64,000 bases of DNA from an uncultured SAR86 cluster bacterium (GCA_902604535.1 CACKZK010000005.1:11020-75019), one strand, 5' to 3'. Shown: positions 18,106 to 29,502, counted from the stretch's first letter. The notes: generated by a model not told the origin, from the letters alone. Numbers and translations: made by a program.

Positions 18106-18841
18106 ATATCGTTACCTCAGAACCAGCTTCTTTAAAAGCTTTGATTCCATTATTTGAAAATAGCTCAAGATTCTCTTCACCTATCTTTAAAAAATAACTA
18201 ATTAAACCTTTTGTTTCTGAAGGATCTGAACCTTGGATCATTATATTTTTGCATTCTAGTTCTTCTAATATTTTGAGAGTAGCTTCTGAAGAATTTGATA
18301 GGGGCAACAGGCCGAGAATTTTCACTTCCTCGGTTGTTAAGATAGCACAATCGGCCTTTAGACCTTTTTGTCTGATGCGTGAAGGCTTATCAACATGACT
18401 TTCAAAATATAAAACTTTACCTCCTTGAATTATCTCGAAGCTAAAAGTCCAAAGATAATTATATGGAAAGCCAGCGTCATGCGCTCTGATCAAAAGATCG
18501 CCTATATTTTTTTCAGCCCCAGCTCTTAACGTTTCAATATTATTAAATCCAAGTTTTTTCAATTTTTTAACGGAAGGTTTGCTGGTTAAGATAAGCGTGC
18601 TTTGATCAAATCTCTTCAAACTTTCTTCATGAAAATGATCTTCAAAGGGAGCACTTATCAATATACACGCTACCTTACAGATCATTTCATCAGTGATGAG
18701 AGCGTTTTCTTCTCTGGCACGATTTATAAAGAAATTAGATTTAGGTTGCATAACCTTATCCAGCCAAGGGTCAATAATTAATGCTGTATCTTCAGACTCA
18801 ATATACCAAGACTGATAATCATCAATTTTTTTAATTTTCAT
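18104..18841 (-). CDS. MBL-fold metallo-hydrolase
   Basis: IIDPW and ISAPFEDHFH (degenerate HxHxDH). Confidence 0.65.
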   Translation of the reverse strand: MKIKKIDDYQSWYIESEDTALIIDPWLDKVMQPKSNFFINRAREENALITDEMICKVACILISAPFEDHFHEESLKRFDQSTLILTSKPSVKKLKKLGFNNIETLRAGAEKNIGDLLIRAHDAGFPYNYLWTFSFEIIQGGKVLYFESHVDKPSRIRQKGLKADCAILTTEEVKILGLLPLSNSSEATLKILEELECKNIMIQGSDPSETKGLISYFLKIGEENLELFSNNGIKAFKEAGSEVTI

Positions 18842-18888
18842 TTAATGAATTTGTATTTAGCTATCAATGATTTCAAGTGAGTTTTTGG

Positions 18889-19806
18889 TTAGCTAAATCT
18901 AGCAGAAACCATTTCTAAGAAAATTTTTGCTATTTGCGGTTTTACCCACTTTTTATTTATAGCGATCATCGCATTGAGCTTTTCCGGATAATTTCTTATC
19001 GGGATTGTTTTAAGTAGCTCTTTTGAGTTAAGTAAATCGAATTCATAAAAAATTCCTACGCCATTTCCTTTTTCTACCATTCTCAAATGTAGATTTTGAT
19101 CAGCTGAAACTAAAGAGACTTTATCAACAATATGAGAATAAGGTATGTCCTCCCCAACTTCCTTCTCATAAAAATTGTGAAACCATGCTGGAGGTAGCGT
19201 TGTATAAATATTGTGATCAAAAATCTTTTCGATTGATATTTCATTTTCATTAAAAATCTCATGATCTTCTCTGGCATAAAATTTTGGTGGATTAATTTTT
19301 ATAGGAATCACATCCAAAGTATCTAAATTTTTATTTGAGTTTAGTCGATACTCACGTTCGTCAAAACTAATTAATATATCGAATTTATTTTCTTTTAGCT
19401 GAGCAACGCCGGAATAGGTTGAGAGATAAAAGAATCTATATTTAATATCTGGATATATTCCCATCATTTCAGAAATTATGGGTTCGAGGATAGTTCCAGA
19501 GAGGTAAGGGTCCAAACCAATTTTCAATAAGCCTGCATCTGAATTATTTATCAAACTTATTTGATTAACTATCTTATCCTCAATATCAACTATTTCATCT
19601 GTAAGAGAAAGTAGCATCTGTCCGTACACGGTAGGTTTAGTTTTACCATTCTCTCTTTGAAAGAATTTGACTCCGTAATGATTTTCTAATTTTTTTATGT
19701 TTTGACTCAGTGCGGATTGAGTAAGGCCAATACTTTTGGAAGCTTTTCCAAAGGATTCATGCTTAATTAAAGCTTGTGCTGATTTGAATAATTTAATGCT
19801 ACTCAT
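18889..19806 (-). CDS. LysR family transcriptional regulator
   Basis: N-terminal HTH SFGKASKSIGLTQSALSQNIKKLE; 305 aa. Confidence 0.88.
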   Translation of the reverse strand: MSSIKLFKSAQALIKHESFGKASKSIGLTQSALSQNIKKLENHYGVKFFQRENGKTKPTVYGQMLLSLTDEIVDIEDKIVNQISLINNSDAGLLKIGLDPYLSGTILEPIISEMMGIYPDIKYRFFYLSTYSGVAQLKENKFDILISFDEREYRLNSNKNLDTLDVIPIKINPPKFYAREDHEIFNENEISIEKIFDHNIYTTLPPAWFHNFYEKEVGEDIPYSHIVDKVSLVSADQNLHLRMVEKGNGVGIFYEFDLLNSKELLKTIPIRNYPEKLNAMIAINKKWVKPQIAKIFLEMVSARFS

Positions 19807-19809
19807 CTA

Positions 19810-19828
19810 TTATTAGTAAGGTTAATAA
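19810..19828. promoter_or_regulatory. Possible LysR T-N11-A dyad (autoregulatory site)
   Basis: TTATTAGTAAGGTTAATAA immediately upstream of the LysR start; AT-rich, so weak. Confidence 0.35.
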
Positions 19829-19910
19829 TGAAAATTAGGAAATTTAATTATAAGTAAAACTACTATATTTTCAATTTAAATAACTGAAATTAAATAGTTA
19901 ATGATATAGC

Positions 19911-19939
19911 TTGAAAAGGCTGTGTTATATATGTAAATT
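19911..19939 (+). promoter_or_regulatory. Possible sigma70 promoter for tRNA-Gly
   Basis: TTGAAA-N17-TAAATT. Confidence 0.4.
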
Positions 19940-19951
19940 GAAATATCTTTC

Positions 19952-20027
19952 GCGAGTATAGCTCAGCTGGTAGAGCGCGACCTTGCCAAGGTCGAGGCCA
20001 CGGGTTCGAACCCCGTTACTCGCTCCA
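19952..20027 (+). tRNA. tRNA-Gly(GCC)
   Basis: GCGAGTA/TACTCGC acceptor, CGACC-TTGCCAA-GGTCG anticodon arm, GGTTCGAACCC, CCA; 76 nt. Confidence 0.95.
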
Positions 20028-20669
20028 TTAAAATAAATTATCAGCTATTTCGTGGTTCTTATCACGATGACCAGCTTCATCGTTTCTCACGGCCACGACA
20101 ACATCTCTGAGGGTGGCGTTATTTCCTAGTTTCCAATAATCAATCGCAATCTTAGGTGCTGCCACGTTTTCAATAGTGCCTTTATCAATTTCGTCTAGAA
20201 ATTCTGTGTAAGAAGTCACTGCTTCTTCCTCAAAATAGCCTATCATTCGATGGGCTGTTCCCCTAAAAAAAACATATAGGAAAAAGTAAAAAGTTGCGAA
20301 AACGATCTGTGCAGATAAAACAAGAAGTCTCTCAAATAGAGTAGGTTTTGAAATTTCTATAAAGGTCATGAGATGCATTCTCTCGTTCTCAGCCTCGTCT
20401 AATAGTTCCTTAATGATACCATCATCATCTTTCATGCTACGCAGACTCTTGAAATGATGGAGCATTCCAGCAACCATTCCTGGGACAGCAGCTACAGTCT
20501 CTAATACAACTGCTCTATGCCCATATCTTTTTCTAAAAAAAAGGTCCGCAGCAATTCTTAATGCTCTGGTTATTAAATATGCCGATCTGTCACTCAAACC
20601 ATATGGGTGCTTATGAGTACTTTCTTGATCGGTAAATCCAATAGTTTTCTCGAAAGGTGCGTTTTTCAT
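20028..20669 (-). CDS. aox: Alternative oxidase (ubiquinol oxidase, di-iron)
   Basis: LETVAAVPGMV, EAENERMHL, FEEEA, DEAGH di-iron motifs. Confidence 0.93.
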   Translation of the reverse strand: MKNAPFEKTIGFTDQESTHKHPYGLSDRSAYLITRALRIAADLFFRKRYGHRAVVLETVAAVPGMVAGMLHHFKSLRSMKDDDGIIKELLDEAENERMHLMTFIEISKPTLFERLLVLSAQIVFATFYFFLYVFFRGTAHRMIGYFEEEAVTSYTEFLDEIDKGTIENVAAPKIAIDYWKLGNNATLRDVVVAVRNDEAGHRDKNHEIADNLF

Positions 20670-20754
20670 GCACTCATAATATATATCTTTAGGTTATAGA
20701 TAAAATATTTATTCTATTAATTAGATATATATACCTTAAGTGAATAAGGAAGGA

Positions 20755-21876
20755 TTAGCTATCAATGTAGCTAGTCAAAATATCTTTATAAATATTTTTC
20801 AGAATTTCCAAATGATTAACATCTATATGTTCATCAATTTTATGGATTGAGGCATTGATGGGTCCTAACTCAACAACTTCAGCTCCATGCGGGTGCATGA
20901 ATCTTCCATCGGATGTGCCTCCGCCGGTGTCTTCAATAGTTTTTATACCGGTAATCTTTTTAATTGATTTTGTAACAATATTTCTTAAAAAAGGTTTGTC
21001 GGTATAGAAAGGTTTCGCATTAAGCTCCCAGTCTAATTTGTAGTTATTAATATGAAGCTCAATAACTTCAATTACCTCTACTTTAATTTCATCTGCTGTT
21101 ATTTCTGGAGAGAATCTAAAGTTAAATTCAATCTTTAAATCTCCCGGAACAACATTTTTAGCTCCTGTGCCGGCATTTATATTAGATATCTGAAAGGATG
21201 TTGGAGGAAAATTTTCATTTCCTTGATCCCACTGTTTTTCTGAAAGTTCTTTTATGATCCCGCCAGAGATCATAATAGGGTTTATGACGTCGCTAGGGTA
21301 GGCTACGTGACCTTGTTTTCCAATTATTGTTAATGATCCAGATAGAGATCCTCTCCTGCCAATTCTTACTGTATCTCCAAGTTTATTTTTTGAAGAAGGC
21401 TCACCGGCTAAACAGTAATTAATTGAATTATTAGATCGTTTTAAATCTTCTAAGACTTTTTCAATAGTACCATCTTTAGCATCTCCTTCTTCATTGGAGG
21501 TAAGTAATATGGATAATTTTTTTCTATTTTTAGTAAGATCAATATCTTTAAGGGCAAATAAAAAAGCAGAGATACTACTTTTCATATCTGCAGCACCTCT
21601 TGCAGTAATCACATTTCCTTTAACTTCTGCTGCGAATGGATCGCATGACCATGATTCAACTGGCCCAGTAGGAACTACATCAGTATGTCCAAGAAAACAA
21701 AAATTCTTACCAGAGCCAATTTCTGCATATAGGTTTTCAACGTTCAAGTAATTGATTCTTTTAGTTAAGAAACCCATATCCTTTAATTCTGGTTCAATTA
21801 AATCAAAACAACCATTATCTCTAGGAGTAATTGATTGTATTCGTAATAATTTTTGTGTAAATTCAATTAAATTCAT
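20755..21876 (-). CDS. dapE: Succinyl-diaminopimelate desuccinylase (start 21876 preferred)
   Basis: [40 protein letters not shown]. Confidence 0.93.
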   Translation of the reverse strand: MNLIEFTQKLLRIQSITPRDNGCFDLIEPELKDMGFLTKRINYLNVENLYAEIGSGKNFCFLGHTDVVPTGPVESWSCDPFAAEVKGNVITARGAADMKSSISAFLFALKDIDLTKNRKKLSILLTSNEEGDAKDGTIEKVLEDLKRSNNSINYCLAGEPSSKNKLGDTVRIGRRGSLSGSLTIIGKQGHVAYPSDVINPIMISGGIIKELSEKQWDQGNENFPPTSFQISNINAGTGAKNVVPGDLKIEFNFRFSPEITADEIKVEVIEVIELHINNYKLDWELNAKPFYTDKPFLRNIVTKSIKKITGIKTIEDTGGGTSDGRFMHPHGAEVVELGPINASIHKIDEHIDVNHLEILKNIYKDILTSYIDS

Positions 21877-21939
21877 ACAGGCACATTTTATTGTAAAAAA
21901 ATACAATCTGAAATTTTTCTATTAAAAAAAGAGGAGCAT

Positions 21940-24099
21940 ATGACTGAAAGAGTTAACGTGGGTAAATTAAGCATAAGCACTTCATTGCATGCATTATTAG
22001 AGCAAGAAATTGCTCCTGATCTAAATTTGGATACGACAAAATTTTGGCAAGATTTTGAAAGAATTGCAGAGAAATATATCCCTATTAATGAGGAGCTACT
22101 AGAAAAAAGAAAAGAACTACAAACTAAAATTGATGAATGGCATTTGGCTAATAAAGATTTTGATTTTGATGCTTATAAATCCTTTTTAAAGGAAATAGGC
22201 TATTTGGTAGATGAAGGTCCTGATTTTGAAATTTCTACGGCTAATGTAGATGCAGAAATTGCTGAAATAGCAGGTCCGCAATTAGTAGTTCCTGTTATGA
22301 ATGCACGATTTTCTTTGAATGCTGCAAATGCAAGATGGGGCAGTTTGTATGATGCCCTTTACGGAACAGACATGATTTCTGAAGATGGTGGAGCCGACAG
22401 AGGAGGTGCTTATAACCCCATCAGAGGTGATAAAGTCATCGATTTTTCAAAAAATTTTCTCAATGACTACTTGCCATTAGCTGAAGGGAAATATCAAGAT
22501 GTTGTTTCATTTCAGATATCTAATGGAAGTCTAAAAATTTCTTTATCTGATCAATCCAAAACTTCTCTAAAAAATGATTCAGCATTTGTAGGTTTTAAGG
22601 GCGATGAAACAAATCCTGAAAGTATTCTTTTGAAAAACAATGACTTACATGTAGAAATTAAAATTGATAGAAATGATTCAGTTGGTTCCACAGATCCTGC
22701 TGGAATAAAGGATGTTTTTCTAGAATCTGCGGTAACTACTATTCAAGATCTTGAAGATTCAGTAGCCGCAGTAAATGGTGACGATAAAGCCGATGCCTAT
22801 AAAAATTGGCTTGGTTTAATGAAAGGAAATCTATCAGAGACTTTTGAAAAAAGCGGCTCAACTCTTACTAGAAGTTTAAATGAAGATTTATCCTTTTTTT
22901 CTCCCGATGGAAAAACTATGCAGCTTTCGGCTAGAAGCCTAATGCTCGTTAGAAACGTTGGCCACTTGATGACTAATCCAGCGATTCTCCTTGATGGCAA
23001 AGAAATACCAGAAGGAATAATTGATGCAATGTTTACAATCGCTATAGGAAAACACGATATAGATCAAACTGGTTCTGTTCAAAATTCTAAGACTGGTAGT
23101 ATATATATCGTAAAACCAAAGATGCACGGCCCCGATGAAGTTCAATTCACATGCGATCTCTTTTCTGACGTTGAGAAAGCTCTTGGGTTAGAAAAAAATA
23201 CCGCTAAGGTAGGGATAATGGATGAAGAGAGGAGAACAACGGTTAATTTAAGAGAATGCATTAGAGTTGCAAAAGAAAGAGTTATTTTTATTAATACCGG
23301 GTTTTTAGATAGAACTGGAGATGAGATACATACAAGCATGGAAGCTGGTCCCATGATAAGAAAAGCAGAAATGAAGCAGCAACCATGGATTTTATCTTAT
23401 GAAGACTGGAATGTAGACAATGGTTTAGCATCTGGATTCAAAGGAAAAGCTCAAATCGGAAAAGGAATGTGGCCAATGCCTGACATGATGTTAGATATGT
23501 TCAATACTAAAACCATGCACCCAAAAGCAGGAGCGAATTGTGCATGGGTGCCTTCTCCCACAGCAGCTACCTTGCATGCGATGCATTATCATGAAATAAG
23601 TGTCTCCTCAGAACAATCAGATCTATTAAAAAGAAACAGGGCAAGTCTTGATGACATTTTAACGATTCCACTATTAAAGGATGCATCATTACTTTCAGCT
23701 GATGAAATTCAAGCTGAATTAGATAATAACGCTCAAGGAATTTTAGGTTATGTCGTCAGATGGATTGATCAAGGTATTGGGTGCTCTAAAGTCCCTGACA
23801 TCAATAATATAGGTCTTATGGAGGATAGAGCGACTTGCAGAATATCGAGCCAACACATGGCAAATTGGCTTCATCACGGACTATGTTCAGAAGAACAAGT
23901 TCTAGAGACTATGAAAAAAATGGCGCTAGTAGTTGATGAGCAAAATGCAGGTGACCCAGAATATGTGAACATGGCACCTAGTTTTGATGGAGTGGCATTT
24001 AAAGCCGCATGCGACCTAGTAATCAAAGGAAGAATTCAGCCCAGTGGATATACAGAACCTATTCTTCATGAAAAAAGGCAAGAGTTTTTGACTAGCTAA
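21940..24099 (+). CDS. glcB: Malate synthase G
   Basis: 719 aa; [43 protein letters not shown]. Confidence 0.96.
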   Translation: MTERVNVGKLSISTSLHALLEQEIAPDLNLDTTKFWQDFERIAEKYIPINEELLEKRKELQTKIDEWHLANKDFDFDAYKSFLKEIGYLVDEGPDFEISTANVDAEIAEIAGPQLVVPVMNARFSLNAANARWGSLYDALYGTDMISEDGGADRGGAYNPIRGDKVIDFSKNFLNDYLPLAEGKYQDVVSFQISNGSLKISLSDQSKTSLKNDSAFVGFKGDETNPESILLKNNDLHVEIKIDRNDSVGSTDPAGIKDVFLESAVTTIQDLEDSVAAVNGDDKADAYKNWLGLMKGNLSETFEKSGSTLTRSLNEDLSFFSPDGKTMQLSARSLMLVRNVGHLMTNPAILLDGKEIPEGIIDAMFTIAIGKHDIDQTGSVQNSKTGSIYIVKPKMHGPDEVQFTCDLFSDVEKALGLEKNTAKVGIMDEERRTTVNLRECIRVAKERVIFINTGFLDRTGDEIHTSMEAGPMIRKAEMKQQPWILSYEDWNVDNGLASGFKGKAQIGKGMWPMPDMMLDMFNTKTMHPKAGANCAWVPSPTAATLHAMHYHEISVSSEQSDLLKRNRASLDDILTIPLLKDASLLSADEIQAELDNNAQGILGYVVRWIDQGIGCSKVPDINNIGLMEDRATCRISSQHMANWLHHGLCSEEQVLETMKKMALVVDEQNAGDPEYVNMAPSFDGVAFKAACDLVIKGRIQPSGYTEPILHEKRQEFLTS

Positions 24100-25103
24100 T
24101 GAGCAATCCGCTTGATCGCCATTTGGAATGGCTGAATCAACATTCAGAAGAGATTATAGATGCTGAAAGGCCAATAATAGATCCTCATCATCATTTATGG
24201 CCTGGAGAAACCAAGTATCTATTGGAAGATCTTTGGGCTGATACTTCGTCAGGACATAATATAAAGCACACAGTATTCATTGAGTGCACTCAAGAATTTC
24301 TTACTTCTGGACCCGATCATTTAAAACCTATTGGGGAAACAATTTTTGTAAAAAAAATTGCTGATGAGGCAAAAAAAGTACCATCCAAATCACAAATATC
24401 CGGAATAGTCTCTCACGTTGATATGACTTTGGGAGAAGGTATTAATGAAGTTTTAGATTTACATTTTCTTCACGGAGAATCTTTGTTCAAAGGTATTCGT
24501 CATGCAGGCGGTTGGGATCCACATGAAAATATGCGAAATTCTCACCATAGTCCACCAAAAGATATGTACTTAAGTGATATTTTTAATCAGTCTCTGAAGA
24601 TTCTGGGCGAAAAAGGTCTAGTTTTTGAAGCGTGGCAATATCATCATCAGATTAATCAGGTTGCAGAAATTGCAGATAGAAATGAAAACCTAACAATCAT
24701 TCTCAATCATTTTAGCGGACCAATAGGAATAGGACCTTACGAGGGTAAGCAAGATGATATTTTTAAAATATGGCGTAAGGACATCAAAGAGCTTTCCAAA
24801 AGACCTAATGTTTTGGCAAAGCTTGGTGGTCTTGCTATGCCTGTAAATGGCTTTAAATTTCACGAGCAAGAAACGCCAGCAACATCGGACCAAATGATAG
24901 ATAAACAAAGACGTTACTACTTAGAGTGTTTAGAATCTTTTGAGCCTTCTAGATGTATGTTTGAAAGCAATTTCCCGGTCGACAAGCAATCTATTTCTTA
25001 TCATGTCTTATGGAATTTTTTCAAGAAAATATCAGAAAACTTTAGCGAAGATGAAAAAAGCAGCTTATTTTACGATTGCGCTAAACAGGCTTATTCAATC
25101 TGA
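24099..25103 (+). CDS. Amidohydrolase family protein
   Basis: IIDPHHHLW, RCMFESNFPVD. Confidence 0.85.
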   Translation: MSNPLDRHLEWLNQHSEEIIDAERPIIDPHHHLWPGETKYLLEDLWADTSSGHNIKHTVFIECTQEFLTSGPDHLKPIGETIFVKKIADEAKKVPSKSQISGIVSHVDMTLGEGINEVLDLHFLHGESLFKGIRHAGGWDPHENMRNSHHSPPKDMYLSDIFNQSLKILGEKGLVFEAWQYHHQINQVAEIADRNENLTIILNHFSGPIGIGPYEGKQDDIFKIWRKDIKELSKRPNVLAKLGGLAMPVNGFKFHEQETPATSDQMIDKQRRYYLECLESFEPSRCMFESNFPVDKQSISYHVLWNFFKKISENFSEDEKSSLFYDCAKQAYSI

Positions 25104-25106
25104 TTA

Positions 25107-26201
25107 TTACTGATTAAAGCCTTGTAATTCTGCAGCTTCTTCTCGAACAAGTTCTGGACCGCCAAGAATTTGTCTGTTCACTCCAATTCTTTTAAACCAA
25201 TAATGCAAACCTAAGAGATCAGTAAATCCCATGCCTCCATGAACCTCTGTTGATTTTTTTGAAACCATTTTTGCTACCTCGGCTATATGAGATTTGGCCT
25301 GACAAGCCTGCAAGCGAGCCTCATCTGGATCATGATCAAAAGAATGAGCTGCTTGCCAAAGCATTGCGTAACAAGGTTCTAAATCTGCTGCCATCTCTGC
25401 ACACATATGTTTTACAGCTTGAAATGATCCTATTACACGATTGAATTGTTTTCTTTCTTTTGCATAAGAAACCGCTTTCTCAATCATTGTTTCAGAGGCT
25501 CCAAGTGAGTCTGCTGATAGTATTATTCTGCCTGCATCTATTACCTTTTGAATCACAATAGGATTGTTTATAGTTTCTTGTAGAACCTCAGCATTTACAT
25601 TTTTAAGATTAAGCTCTAAATATAATCTGGTTTTATCAACGGTGGTCAGTTGAATTATTTCAAGTCCTTCCTCATTTTTATCAACGATAAACATGGTTCC
25701 ACCTTTATCCGATAGGATAAAGAAATCTGCTCCGTCTCCATCTATTACAAAAAGCGCTTTACCTGATGCTTTATCTTTATTCAATTCTATGCCCGAATCT
25801 TCTCTTGCCGCGACGTATTCACTTAGTCCAACACCAAATTTAATTTCATTTGAAGCAACTTTTGATAGGTATTTATCTTTTTGAGCATCACTTCCACCTA
25901 AATTAAGGGCAATAGGAGCCATAACGTAAGATCCTGCAAAAGATATAGGTCCTACTCCAGTCCCCAGTCCTTGTGCTATTGATACTGCAGACAATAGATC
26001 TCCACCCAAGCCACCATAATTTTCAGGAACCAATAAACTGCTTAACCCAAGATTCATTAAGCCTGACTTGATATCATCATGAAGTTTACTGTCATCGCCA
26101 TTGGCTATTTTTCGAATTTCATCTACAGATACGTTATCTAACAGAAATTTCTTTACATAATCTTGGAACTGAGTTTGTTCTTCAGATAGTCCGAAATACA
26201 T
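25107..26201 (-). CDS. Acyl-CoA dehydrogenase (short partner subunit)
   Basis: RKQFNRVIGSFQAVKH, VHGGMGFT. Confidence 0.88.
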   Translation of the reverse strand: MYFGLSEEQTQFQDYVKKFLLDNVSVDEIRKIANGDDSKLHDDIKSGLMNLGLSSLLVPENYGGLGGDLLSAVSIAQGLGTGVGPISFAGSYVMAPIALNLGGSDAQKDKYLSKVASNEIKFGVGLSEYVAAREDSGIELNKDKASGKALFVIDGDGADFFILSDKGGTMFIVDKNEEGLEIIQLTTVDKTRLYLELNLKNVNAEVLQETINNPIVIQKVIDAGRIILSADSLGASETMIEKAVSYAKERKQFNRVIGSFQAVKHMCAEMAADLEPCYAMLWQAAHSFDHDPDEARLQACQAKSHIAEVAKMVSKKSTEVHGGMGFTDLLGLHYWFKRIGVNRQILGGPELVREEAAELQGFNQ

Positions 26202-27397
26202 TATGAAGCCTCTTGCACTTTTGGTTCTTTGGGCATTCCTAGGCCTCTTTCAGAAATAATATTTTTTTGTATTTGGTTTGTACCTCCTCCAATTATAAGA
26301 CCAAGGAAATACATGTAAGTAAATTGAAATGATCCATTTTCTTTCAATCTCGGCGTTTCCTCATACAAGGTTCCAATTTCACCAAGCACATCAATTGCAA
26401 GACCTTCTAATTCATGTCTGAGCTCTGTACCAACTAATTTTTGTATCATTCCTCCTAATTTTACATTTTGACTAGGATTAATTTTTGAGGAGAGTAGTCT
26501 TAAGGAGTGAGCCTGACTAGCCATAACTTTACCTTGAACTTGCATCAGACGATCTCTATATGAAGGAATATCTATCAATCTTCTTCCATCAATAGTCTCT
26601 TCTTTCATCATGTTGATCAGGGTATTCAATCTATTCATTGTTGCATTAGGATCGGCTAAAGATCCTCGTTCATGCCCTAAAACAGAATTTGCAACTGACC
26701 AACCGTCTCCTCTCTTACCTACGATATTCTCTTCGGGGACTGTAACGTCAGTGAAGAAAACTTCATTGAATCCAGCATCAAGGGTCATATCTACTAATGG
26801 CCTGATCTCAATTCCAGGAGTATCCATGGGAATTAATATAAAGCTTATGCCTGAATGCTTTGGAGCCTGAGGTTCAGTTCTAACTAAGCAAAACATCATT
26901 TGTGAGTATTGTGCCGTGCTAGTCCAAATTTTTTGTCCATTTATTACCCAATTTCCGTCTTTAAGTTCACCTTTGGTTTGCAAGCTAGCTAAGTCTGAAC
27001 CAGCGTTAGGTTCAGAATATCCCTGACACCAAATCATCTCCCCATGCAAGGTAGGTTGAATATACTGTTGTTTCTGCTCTTCGGTACCCCATTCTAAAAG
27101 GGTAGGAACTAACATATCTATTCCTTGACCACCCATACCGCCTGGAATCTTTGCTTTTGAAAATTCAGTTGCAATAATTCTGCTTTTAATTATGTCCGTT
27201 TCGCCTCCAAAGCCTCCGTATTCTTCTGGGATAGCTCTAGCAATAAAGCCTTTATCTATTAGTACTTTTTGCCAATCGGATCTTGAGATACTTTTTTTAC
27301 CGGATGAGCTATCGAAAGAAATACCTTTGTATTCCTTACAAAAATTTATAACTTCATCTCTAAAATCATCATATTCTGGTCCATATTCAAGATTCAT
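26201..27397 (-). CDS. Acyl-CoA dehydrogenase
   Basis: WCQGYSEPNAGSDLASL, NGQKIWTS, FNEVFF, GGTNQIQKNII. Confidence 0.9.
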   Translation of the reverse strand: MNLEYGPEYDDFRDEVINFCKEYKGISFDSSSGKKSISRSDWQKVLIDKGFIARAIPEEYGGFGGETDIIKSRIIATEFSKAKIPGGMGGQGIDMLVPTLLEWGTEEQKQQYIQPTLHGEMIWCQGYSEPNAGSDLASLQTKGELKDGNWVINGQKIWTSTAQYSQMMFCLVRTEPQAPKHSGISFILIPMDTPGIEIRPLVDMTLDAGFNEVFFTDVTVPEENIVGKRGDGWSVANSVLGHERGSLADPNATMNRLNTLINMMKEETIDGRRLIDIPSYRDRLMQVQGKVMASQAHSLRLLSSKINPSQNVKLGGMIQKLVGTELRHELEGLAIDVLGEIGTLYEETPRLKENGSFQFTYMYFLGLIIGGGTNQIQKNIISERGLGMPKEPKVQEAS

Positions 27398-27487
27398 ATA
27401 AAACTCCTTTTTCTATTATTAATATTCTAATTAGATTTAACCTTTATTTGTATTATTTTTGCTTTATATTATGCGACTGCAAGAGCA

Positions 27488-28345
27488 ATGAAAGATATTA
27501 CGTATATATTAAGAATTAAATGCCCCGATGCTTATGGCATTGTTGCTAAAGTTTCATCATCTCTGAATGATATGAGTATCTTTATTATGGACTCCTCTTT
27601 TTTTAGTGATCCAGATACAAAAAATTACTTTATGAGATTAAAAATTTTCTCGAGTGAAGGGGAAATTAAATCCTCAGTTTTTTCAGATGCTTTTAACAAC
27701 GCATGCAGTGATCTGAGAATGGAGTGGACTTTGGAAAAAGAATCAAAATCGCCAAATACTTTAATTTTTGTATCTAAATACGGCCATTGCTTACAAGATT
27801 TACTTTATAAGAACAGCATTAATTCATTGAGAATGAATTTGTGTGGGATTGTTTCTAATCATGAAGATATGAAATCCATAGCAAGCAATTACTCAGTTCC
27901 TTTTTTTTTCATTCCAAATAATTCACAAATTAGAAAAGAGGCTGAAGCTCAAATTGAGGAGTTAATTCGAAGTAAGAAAATTGATCTAATGATTTTGGCT
28001 AGATATATGCAGATTTTTTCTGCTAATTTCTGCTCTAAGCATTCAGGTAAAGTAATTAATATTCATCACTCTTTTTTACCAAGCTTTAAAGGTGCAAAAC
28101 CCTACAAACAAGCCTATGAAAAGGGAGTAAAAATAATGGGCGCAACTGCACATTACATTACGGAAGAACTAGATGCTGGCCCAATTATTGAACAAACTGT
28201 CGAGAGAGTAGATCATTCCCAACATCCAGATGAACTTGAACTTATAGGTCAGGACATTGAGTCCATAACTCTAACAAGAGCTGTGAAAAAGCATTTGGAA
28301 GGAAAGGTTTTTATAAACGGTAAAAAAACTGTTGTCTTTGATTAA
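27488..28345 (+). CDS. purU: Formyltetrahydrofolate deformylase
   Basis: N-terminal ACT domain, LARYMQI, INIHHSFLPSFKGAKPY. Confidence 0.93.
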   Translation: MKDITYILRIKCPDAYGIVAKVSSSLNDMSIFIMDSSFFSDPDTKNYFMRLKIFSSEGEIKSSVFSDAFNNACSDLRMEWTLEKESKSPNTLIFVSKYGHCLQDLLYKNSINSLRMNLCGIVSNHEDMKSIASNYSVPFFFIPNNSQIRKEAEAQIEELIRSKKIDLMILARYMQIFSANFCSKHSGKVINIHHSFLPSFKGAKPYKQAYEKGVKIMGATAHYITEELDAGPIIEQTVERVDHSQHPDELELIGQDIESITLTRAVKKHLEGKVFINGKKTVVFD

Positions 28346-29502
28346 TTTAAAGCTCTATCTAAATCGTTTATTAGATCATCTGCTGATTCAATCCCAACTG
28401 ATAATCTAACCAGTCCATCGGTGATACCTATCTGATCTCTTACTTCTTTTGATATCGATGCATGGGTCATCAGAGCAGGGTGTTCAATTAAACTCTCAAC
28501 TCCGCCGAGGCTTTCAGCAAGGGTAAAAAGAGATGTCTTTTCTAAGAAGTTTTTTGAAGCTATCAATCCATCTTTAATCTCTGCAGAAATCATGCCCCCG
28601 AAAAAATCCATCTGTTTTTTTGCAACTGAATGCTGAGGATGACTCTCTAATCCAGGGTAAATAACTTTCGAAATTTTAGGATGGGAATCTAGAAATTCTG
28701 CAATTTTTTTAGCATTTTCAGAATGTCTTTCCATTCTAAGGGCAAGAGTTTTAAGACTTCTTAAAGCTAAGTAACTATCAAAAGGACTGCTTATAGGACC
28801 TAAGGAGTTATGAATATTTGAAATTCTTTTGGAATTATCTGTATCAGCATCTTTCATCACCAAAACACCCATAATCACATCTGAATGGCCGCATAAGTAT
28901 TTTGTTGCCGAGTGGATAACATAATCGAAACCTTTTGTGAGAGGTCTTTGTATGTAGGGTGAGCAAAAAGTATTATCAGCGACAGTTATGATATTTTTAG
29001 AACTTGCCAAATCTGCTAGCTTTTCAAGATCTATTACTTTTAGAAGAGGATTAGTAGGAGTCTCTGCAAAAAGCATTTTTGTATTAGGCTTAATCGACGC
29101 TTCTATATTTTCATCCTTCGACATATCAACATAAGAAATTTCGATACCCTGAGAAATACTTTTAATTTCATTGAAGAGTCTTACCGTTCCACCGTAAAGA
29201 TCATCCATTGCAATGATATGATCACCGGGTTGTAATAATTCCACACAGGCTGAAATTGCAGCAACACCAGAAGAGAAGGCATGGGCCTTTTCTCCTTCTT
29301 CTAAGCTGGCAACACAAACCTCGAAAGCATGACGAGTTGGATTGGATGTTCGAGAGTAATCATATCCTTTATGTTCTCCTGGACTCTCCTGAGCATAAGT
29401 AGAGGTGGTATAAATCGGAGGTATCACTGCTCCTGTTACAGGATCAGGATCCTGTCCAACATGAATGGCTTTTGTCTCAAAATCTAAATCTTTATTTTTC
29501 AT
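28342..29502 (-). CDS. Cystathionine gamma-lyase/synthase (PLP)
   Basis: YSRTSNPTR, ETPTNP, HSATKYLCGHSDV, LAESLGGVESL. Confidence 0.9.
   Translation of the reverse strand: MKNKDLDFETKAIHVGQDPDPVTGAVIPPIYTTSTYAQESPGEHKGYDYSRTSNPTRHAFEVCVASLEEGEKAHAFSSGVAAISACVELLQPGDHIIAMDDLYGGTVRLFNEIKSISQGIEISYVDMSKDENIEASIKPNTKMLFAETPTNPLLKVIDLEKLADLASSKNIITVADNTFCSPYIQRPLTKGFDYVIHSATKYLCGHSDVIMGVLVMKDADTDNSKRISNIHNSLGPISSPFDSYLALRSLKTLALRMERHSENAKKIAEFLDSHPKISKVIYPGLESHPQHSVAKKQMDFFGGMISAEIKDGLIASKNFLEKTSLFTLAESLGGVESLIEHPALMTHASISKEVRDQIGITDGLVRLSVGIESADDLINDLDRALN

Noticed and set aside
20676-20735. ATATATATCT...AGATATATAT inverted repeat upstream of aox
   Set aside because: Low-complexity AT sequence; cannot be distinguished from chance
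19952-20754. Prophage or integrative element at tRNA-Gly (also checked tRNA-Leu and tRNA-Glu)
   Set aside because: No integrase and no duplicated tRNA 3' end seen in the window
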